DNA of 64,000 nucleotides, taken from the NCBI GenBank assembly GCA_963846575.1, contig CAWJWJ010000001.1, positions 992,001 to 1,056,000 on the forward strand. The letters run 5' to 3'. Of the stretch, positions 60,611 through 64,000 are shown in pieces. Numbering within the stretch: the stretch's first letter is position 1; each line of letters opens with the position of its first letter. This DNA is from an uncultured Nitrospiraceae bacterium (lineage in GTDB: Bacteria > Nitrospirota > Nitrospiria > Nitrospirales > Nitrospiraceae). The notes under the pieces were generated by a model. The model was not told the origin of the DNA, ran no database searches, and saw only the letters and a list, made by a program, of their open reading frames with translations. The position numbers were made by a program, and so were the translations under genes.

Positions 60611-61141
60611 ATGATGACGACTCGTATATTTCACGTTTGTGCGATTATGGCCCTGATGTTTTCAAGCGGCTGTGTGTCGATCCATGTCGATCCTCTCACC
60701 GGGGACTCGTTTGAACCACGCGCGGGGCAGGATAACATCACGACCTTGCAGCGTGAACCAAACCGCGGATATGTGCAGATTGCCCGCATTGTGGCCACCA
60801 GTGAATATGCCAGCGAGGAGACACTGCGAGACCGTATCCTTTCCCAGGCGAAAGAATTGGGAGCTGATGCAGTAGTGCTTGGAGAGGCGGATGTGCGTCG
60901 CCTTGCGGATCGTGGCCCAGTGTTCCAGTCGACCATGGGGTCCGGGATTCAGGGGGCGACCGCGGCCAATAATTCCTATCGCAGCGGGTATTGGAATCCA
61001 TTCCGGATGGACGCCTGGAGCTTCAGCCAGGCAGCGGGAGGCGGACAAGGTTGGATGCTCCATATGTCCGGCTTGGCCATTCGTTATGTTTCGGACGAAG
61101 AACGGCCCGCCGCTCCGAAGCCTAAACCCGTCGCACCTTAG
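60611..61141 (+). CDS. Hypothetical lipoprotein
   Basis: Lipobox SSGC; AKELGADAVV...GLAIRY. Confidence 0.75.
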   Translation: MMTTRIFHVCAIMALMFSSGCVSIHVDPLTGDSFEPRAGQDNITTLQREPNRGYVQIARIVATSEYASEETLRDRILSQAKELGADAVVLGEADVRRLADRGPVFQSTMGSGIQGATAANNSYRSGYWNPFRMDAWSFSQAAGGGQGWMLHMSGLAIRYVSDEERPAAPKPKPVAP

Positions 61142-61312
61142 CCTGAGTCCCGCTTGCAGTGACAGGGATGTCGAAGTCTCCCGCCTGTTATTAACGCAGC
61201 ACCATCAGACCAGTCTCCGGCCCATGTCTCGGCCATTTTTCTTGAGCGTGCTCTGGATTCGAATGTCACGGGATGTGAAGAATGGCGTTCTTCTTGACCG
61301 TATGGTGTAAGT

Positions 61313-61340
61313 TTGGCATAAAAATACTTCCTGCTAGAAT
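61313..61340 (+). promoter_or_regulatory. Putative sigma-70 promoter for wzm-wzt
   Basis: TTGGCA-N16-TAGAAT with extended -10 TG. Confidence 0.35.
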
Positions 61341-61546
61341 TCAGGCGATGACGCGAGCGGTGCCGGCGAGGCTGCTCGCAGGGCGCCTATGAAAAATCTG
61401 ATCGATCGCCACCGAGGGCGAATGACTGAGGCAGACATCGTGCTCCGGGGATTGCGCACCCTGGTTGTGAAACATAATCCCTGAGGTATAGGGGGGGCGC
61501 GGCGTTCGGACGCGTTTCATCCGGCAGGATTGACGGGAATGGATAC

Positions 61547-62410
61547 ATGGCAATGTCAGCGTTGAATTTCAATCAGGAGCGTCAGGCTCTCCTCCCCCAC
61601 GTTCGCATCCGTCCAATGAAAGGCTTGTTGGATTTAGATCTAGTGAGCCTATGGCACTATCGGGAGCTCGTTTTTATTCTCGTGTGGCGCGATGTGACGG
61701 TCCGGTATAAGCAGACCCTCTTGGGCGTGGCGTGGGCCATGTTTCAACCGGTTGCGACCATGCTTATTTTCACCGCAGTCTTCAGTGTCATGGGGAAAAT
61801 TCCCTCGGATGGGTTTCCTTATCCCGTTTTTCTCTACGCGGGGCTGCTACCCTGGTTGTATGTGTCCCAAGCATTGAGCCGGGGCGGCAGCAGCTTGGTC
61901 GGCGAGGCGCCGCTCATCAGTAAGGTCTATTTCCCCAGACTTATTCTCCCGCTGGCGGCCACGATTGCGCCCTTAGTCGATCTGTTATTGGCATTTATCG
62001 CATTTTTGGGGCTCATGGTCTGGTTCGAAGTCATGCCGACCTGGCGCATCCTGCTGTTGCCATTTTTCGCCTGCCTGGCCGGTTTCGTGACTCTGGCAGG
62101 CGGACTGTGGATCTCGGCGCTCTATGTGAAATATCGCGACGTGGGTCACATTCTCCCGATGTTCATTCAGCTCGGGATGTTCGTGTCACCCATCCTGTAT
62201 CCGGTCAGCAAAGTGCCTGAATCCTGGCGAGTATTGTACGCATTGAATCCGGTCGTGAGTGTAGTCGAAGGGTTTCGATGGGCGCTTATCCCAGGGTTTC
62301 AAGTGGACTTCATGATGTTCCTGCCGAGCTTGGCGATTGTTTTTGTGGTGCTCGTCGGGGGATTGATTTATTTTCGCTCGATGGAGCGAACATTCGCGGA
62401 TGTGATCTGA
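61547..62410 (+). CDS. wzm: Polysaccharide ABC exporter permease
   Basis: RYKQTLLG, KVYFPR, YRDV, LNP...VEGFR, FADVI. Confidence 0.9.
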   Translation: MAMSALNFNQERQALLPHVRIRPMKGLLDLDLVSLWHYRELVFILVWRDVTVRYKQTLLGVAWAMFQPVATMLIFTAVFSVMGKIPSDGFPYPVFLYAGLLPWLYVSQALSRGGSSLVGEAPLISKVYFPRLILPLAATIAPLVDLLLAFIAFLGLMVWFEVMPTWRILLLPFFACLAGFVTLAGGLWISALYVKYRDVGHILPMFIQLGMFVSPILYPVSKVPESWRVLYALNPVVSVVEGFRWALIPGFQVDFMMFLPSLAIVFVVLVGGLIYFRSMERTFADVI

Positions 62411-63690
62411 TGGGATCTGTCGCAGTTAGAGCAGAGGGCTTATCGAAGTACTACCGGCTGGGAGCCGCGAAAGCTCAGCATAATACACTTCGCGACCATG
62501 TCATGCACGGCCTCAAGGCTCTTACGCGATGGGACGCGGGAGATAAGAAATCGGACCCATCCTTCTGGGCATTGAAGGATGTTTCATTCGAGGTCAAACA
62601 AGGCGAGGTGTTGGGGATCGTTGGGCATAATGGCGCGGGGAAAAGTACCCTACTCAAGATTCTTTCCAGGATTACTCACCCGACAATAGGGACGGCGGAT
62701 ATTTATGGGCGCGTAAGCTCGTTGCTCGAAGTGGGAACGGGGTTCCACTCTGAACTGAGCGGGCGCGAGAACATTTTTTTAAATGCCGCGATGTTGGGCA
62801 TGCGACGGGAAGAAGTGCAGCGAAAATTCGATGAGATCGTCGATTTCTCGGGGGTGGAAGAATTCATCGATACGCCGGTCAAGCGGTATTCCAGCGGCAT
62901 GTACGTGAGACTGGCATTTGCGGTAGCCGCGCATCTCGAACCAGAAATCTTGATTGTGGATGAAGTCCTGGCCGTAGGCGATGCCAGCTTCCAGCAAAAG
63001 TGCCTCGGGAAGATGGAGGAAGTCAGTCGGAGCGGGAGGACGGTCTTGATCGTCAGCCACAATATGACGCTCATCGAAGGCCTCTGCGAACGGGCGATTC
63101 TTCTGGAGAAGGGCACGATTGTCAAAATCGGCAAGACGCAGGAGGTGGTGGAGGGTTATGCCGATGCCATCCGGAGTCAGGCCGGGACGCCAATTGATGC
63201 GCGTCAGGACCGGATTGGCATAGGAGACATTCTCCTTACCCGAATCGAATTGCTGGACAGTGACCGGCATTCTGTCGCGGCGGGGATCACCGGCAGAGAT
63301 ATTATTATCCGTTTGCACTACCGCTGCACGAAAGGGAAAGAGTTCCGCAATTGCCGGGTGAGTATTTCCGTGAACGGGCGGAAAGGGCAAGACCTCTTCG
63401 TATTGTCCACGGATATCGTGGATCCGACCCCATTAACCCTGCACGGAGAAGGCTATATCGATTTTATCGTTCCCCGATTGCCATTGACGGGCGGAGCATA
63501 TTTCTTTCAATCATATTTCGAATCCAATGGACATGCGCAGGATTGGATCAAAAACGTCGCGCTGTTCTCCGTCCTCGATGCCGATTATTACGGTACTGGC
63601 AAGCTGTGCCCCCCGGGTTGGGAAGCAAACGGTGTGCTGTTACAGTACCGCTGGGAAGCCGGTGCGCGGCAATCTGTCATTCCGTCCTAA
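62410..63690 (+). CDS. wzt: Polysaccharide ABC exporter ATP-binding protein with Wzt C-terminal domain
   Basis: GHNGAGKST, YSSGM, DEVLAVGD, C-terminal Ig-like extension. Confidence 0.92.
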   Translation: MGSVAVRAEGLSKYYRLGAAKAQHNTLRDHVMHGLKALTRWDAGDKKSDPSFWALKDVSFEVKQGEVLGIVGHNGAGKSTLLKILSRITHPTIGTADIYGRVSSLLEVGTGFHSELSGRENIFLNAAMLGMRREEVQRKFDEIVDFSGVEEFIDTPVKRYSSGMYVRLAFAVAAHLEPEILIVDEVLAVGDASFQQKCLGKMEEVSRSGRTVLIVSHNMTLIEGLCERAILLEKGTIVKIGKTQEVVEGYADAIRSQAGTPIDARQDRIGIGDILLTRIELLDSDRHSVAAGITGRDIIIRLHYRCTKGKEFRNCRVSISVNGRKGQDLFVLSTDIVDPTPLTLHGEGYIDFIVPRLPLTGGAYFFQSYFESNGHAQDWIKNVALFSVLDADYYGTGKLCPPGWEANGVLLQYRWEAGARQSVIPS

Positions 63691-63851
63691 TCCCGTTGCT
63701 TCCCTTCACAACACCCACAGTGTCGTTTCGCTTTGAGGGTGTGCCTGTCGTGCAGTCCCTGTCGAGTAATCATTAATCGCTCTGCAATCCGCAAAGAGTG
63801 GGTTACGATTCGTCCTCAGATTGCCGGACGACGGTCGACTGAGGCGCATGC

Positions 63852-64000
63852 ATGGGTTTCGGGATTCAGGAGGGACGACAGCCGCAGCTGGAATTGGATG
63901 GGTTAAAGCGCGCGTTGGAATGGACAAACATTCAGCGCGAACAGCTGTTGGATCGACTGGATCTGTTGCGTTTGGACAATCAACGTTTGCAAGGGCGGGT
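63852..64000 (+). CDS. Coiled-coil protein, 5' part truncated by window edge
   Basis: MGFGIQEGRQPQLELDGLKRALEWTNIQREQLLDRLDLLRLDNQRLQ; GAGG upstream. Confidence 0.5.
   Translation, partial: MGFGIQEGRQPQLELDGLKRALEWTNIQREQLLDRLDLLRLDNQRLQGR

Overview
64-kb chromosomal window of a roughly 60% GC bacterium, probably Nitrospira (inferred from gene content: many PilZ proteins, argD-F-G-H-lysA-dapA-dapB, dapL, small zinc-ribbon proteins). Most of it is housekeeping: gdh, lipB, a sigma-70 factor, trmI, aroE/aroK, zwf, msrA, ttcA, gpmA, arg/lys biosynthesis, panC/folK, wzm/wzt. The main accessory feature is an 8.7-kb element integrated in tRNA-Arg(TCG), bounded by an exact 45-bp direct repeat (7406-7450 / 16067-16111). 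Reconstructed across single-base frameshifts, its backbone is a tyrosine integrase and a CGNR-type zinc-finger protein, divergent from an excisionase, a rolling-circle (HUH-like) Rep and a Cys-rich protein. A hairpin-rich candidate origin and three intact, AT-richer secreted cargo genes follow, the first with a sigma-54-type promoter. The att core lies inside the integrase ORF, so integration/excision would swap the integrase C-terminal tail. Arm-type repeats, IHF boxes and the remnant of a second related integrase are visible. Immediately downstream, a CxxC/RGPP leader ORF precedes a TonB-dependent receptor (candidate metal-sensing ribosome-arrest system). All family assignments are from motif recognition by eye; no database searches were run.
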